NCBI GenBank assembly: GCA_036172245.1
Contig: JAYWIR010000018.1
Coordinates: 620,001 to 684,000 of the forward strand
Length of the DNA stretch: 64,000 nucleotides
Origin: Raillietiella orientalis
Lineage: Eukaryota
Direction: 5' to 3'
The position numbers and the translations under genes were made by a program. Under the pieces are notes generated by a model that was not told the DNA's origin, did no database searches, and saw nothing but the letters and a program-made list of their open reading frames with translations. How positions within the stretch are numbered: the first letter of the stretch is position 1; the number at the start of each line of letters is the position of its first letter. Shown here piece by piece: positions 61,578 through 64,000 of this stretch.

Positions 61578-62933
61578 ATGCGAGTGGGCATTGAATTCGA
61601 GTGAAAAGTTGTCGATTGCTTCCCCAAGCCACCAGAAAATTTCCAGAAACTGGAGAGCCCCCCCCCCCCCACTTGACGGCACACCATCCGGCGCAAACGG
61701 TGCAATGCGTACCCGCTCGCGAGCCATGGTGGACCCCAAAGAATTCGTGGACAGGAGAAACCGCTGCAAAAGGGGAACCAGCGAATGTTACCAGAGTTGG
61801 CCACCGGATGCACTCCCCCACGAGGACCCCACACATGCAGCAGGGAACAAAAAAGCCAAATCGCAATTTCTGCCGTGCGTGGTGCTGGTTGAGCGGCTTG
61901 ATGCAAAGGAGCATACCATTCTGAGGACAGCAGAAAGAAGGCACAGCCCTGCACGCTCCCACATGTTAAAAGAAGGAACCACCAAATCTTCAAGTATTTG
62001 TAAAGGTTCTAATCCTGCAAATTTATAATATTCACTTGCAGGATTAAAATTGCATTCGACTGATTTAGCTGCAAGCCCAAACTCCCCATCACAAAAAACT
62101 TACATAGATGTAAACGACAAAACTTCCGTATTTACGGTACATCCTGATATAAAAGAGAAACTATCCTCTGTATTGAAAGAAGTCAAAATCATTCTTACTC
62201 GTATCGATGAGAACAAAAATCCGAACGAAGTGAACAAAACTTCTAAACCAGATCATGAAATCATTAATCAGGAATCAAGCAGTGAAATAAATGAGGGATG
62301 TAGTGTGGCATCACAGCAGAGTACTTGGTTTAATACAGCAGGAAGTGAGGAGCATTTAGAAACCATAAGAAAATCAGGTAAACCATTTTCATGCACAATT
62401 AGTAGATAGAATCTGATTCCATATAGAAATTCATCTTCCATTAATTCAGAGCAAGCCAGGTACTCAGCGTTATGAGAAGAGTTTAAATCAGATGCTAAAG
62501 GATGACATAGCACAGAGACCTTTTCAGACAGACTTCATTTCACAGGAGGAACTAGCTGCTATTCAGTTGCCTAAGGTTGCTTCCACAATCATAGTTGAAT
62601 CAGGGGAAGATGTGTATGATGTGTTCTAGATAAAAGCATGGTTTACTCACATAAGTTCCTCTGATTCAAGTGATTTAAACTCAAATGATGAATGGAATGG
62701 AGATACTTATGATATATCCAGTGAATGTGCATCAACTTCAGATCTAAGTATATTGGAAGACAAGTGAGTAGTCTTCATTGTATCTGATTGCATTCTTCTA
62801 GTTGTGTTGAATTTTTTAATGCTAAATACATGAAGAGAAGAAATACTCATATGAGGTAATCTCCAAAATTCATGAACATCAATGAGCAGTTTTGCAATCC
62901 AGATCACCACTCCAGATGAGCTGTGAACAATAA
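61578..62933 (+). CDS. Putative orphan multi-exon protein gene (5' end unresolved), Ser/acidic-rich
   Basis: Phase-compatible GT-AG chain 61578-61993, 62042-62377, 62427-62575, 62630-62763, 62802-62855, 62903-62933 (TAA), with introns of 48, 49, 54, 38 and 47 nt that match the locus intron size. AATAAA occurs at ~63005. No recognisable domain. Confidence 0.55.
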
Positions 62934-64000
62934 TCTTGTAGTTTGTGTGTTGTAAGATCAGATGTTGCATTAGGTGCACACAAGGAAATGTACCATTACA
63001 ATCAAATAAAACATATTGAATCCCAATTCATCCAACTTTGTTAATTTGCTTGTTATTTTGATGGTGTTGATAGGTAAACTGTAATGATAGCTACTGATTT
63101 TATTCTGCTAACAATTATGCACTTTCTTTAAATCCGTGGTGCTTGAAATAAGATGCAGTATAAAGCATGAAGTTCCAGATAAGATTACAGATCAGTGATA
63201 GTACATGGAGTTGTCTTGTGGTGTATGCAGCATATAGTTGGAACTTGGGAAATTAAAACATCTCTAGGAGGATCCTAAGGATTATTAAGAATTCAGAAAA
63301 ACTTATCCGAAATGTAAATTCTTTCCTCAGGATAAAAGCTTTTCAAGCAATCGTGCGCAAGTGCATCTTTGGTGTTGAAGCTGAACTTAAACGTAAAATT
63401 AGTGAACATGCCAAAAATCCCACCACTCAAGCAATATCACGAAACAAAATTTCAGGGGCCATCATGCGTTGTGAATTTTTGGTTCTGAACAGAAGCAGCT
63501 GTCCGCTTGTAGGCATTTAAAAATTCCAGTTCAAATAAAGTATTCTAGCACGGGGGGCGTATTCACCAGTTGGTTCCTGGTGTCAGCACATCATCAGGTA
63601 AGAAGGGAACACGGGCTACACTATAGGAAAAGTGTACTTCAAAGCGTTTGCAAGAAAACCGACCTTCACATGTCAATAAGATTACTTGTGCGTCTAACTT
63701 TACCTTAAGAAAATACCAAACGGCCAATTCGTATGGTCTGTGCATTTATGGACCATCCTCCAGCGCATTTCGGATGCTGCTTCCTGATAAGACTCCGATG
63801 AAGCGCAGAGGCACGTAAAAATGAGAAGGTTACTACCAAAAGATGCCCACGATAAAGAAACGTGTCGTTTATCACCATTGAAACACAGTACTTTCGTAAA
63901 AGTACTTTCACGTTAAGGGATTCTTTGTGCAATCAGACAACTCACACCCATGAGGTCCATGAGCGGCGGCTACCCCTCTATTGCGGTTCGCTTCCTTCCG

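Noticed and set aside
1..64000. tRNA, rRNA, snRNA, CRISPR arrays, telomeric repeats or prokaryotic/HGT genes
   Set aside because: No matching motifs were seen by eye. tRNAscan-SE and Infernal would be needed to exclude divergent ncRNAs.

Overview
Eukaryotic genomic DNA from an intron-rich invertebrate animal. A nematode, possibly a basal one, is inferred from the nematode-like NDUFS1 peptides, frequent TTTCAG-type acceptors and 38-55 nt introns; this is not proven. By hand-splicing I reconstructed four conserved housekeeping genes: NDUFS1 (minus, 25704-32200, 12 exons, 729 aa), SIL1 (plus, 41423-43033, 3 exons, about 481 aa), PGM3 (plus, 47203-54775, 11 exons, 542 aa) and MRPL35 (minus, 55770-56470, 3 exons, about 172 aa). 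Two further spliced genes appear in the ORF track only as fragments: an uncharacterised C3HC4 RING-finger gene spread over 8921-21500 (about 306 aa), and an orphan multi-exon gene at about 61.6-62.9 kb. Most of the remaining DNA is heavily decayed retroelement sequence: many BEL/Pao LTR fragments, a head-to-tail cluster of three R2/NeSL/Utopia-like non-LTR remnants (33-39 kb), one CR1-like piece and one L1/Tx1-like piece. These TE calls rest on eroded peptide resemblances recalled from family consensus and need HMM confirmation. The most striking structural signal is compositional: sharp GC-rich/CpG-rich versus AT-rich/CpG-depleted domains, with one boundary running through NDUFS1. There are also several perfect short-loop palindromes, including a twin pair with an identical 22-nt core. 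No rRNA, tRNA, CRISPR or prokaryotic system was recognised.
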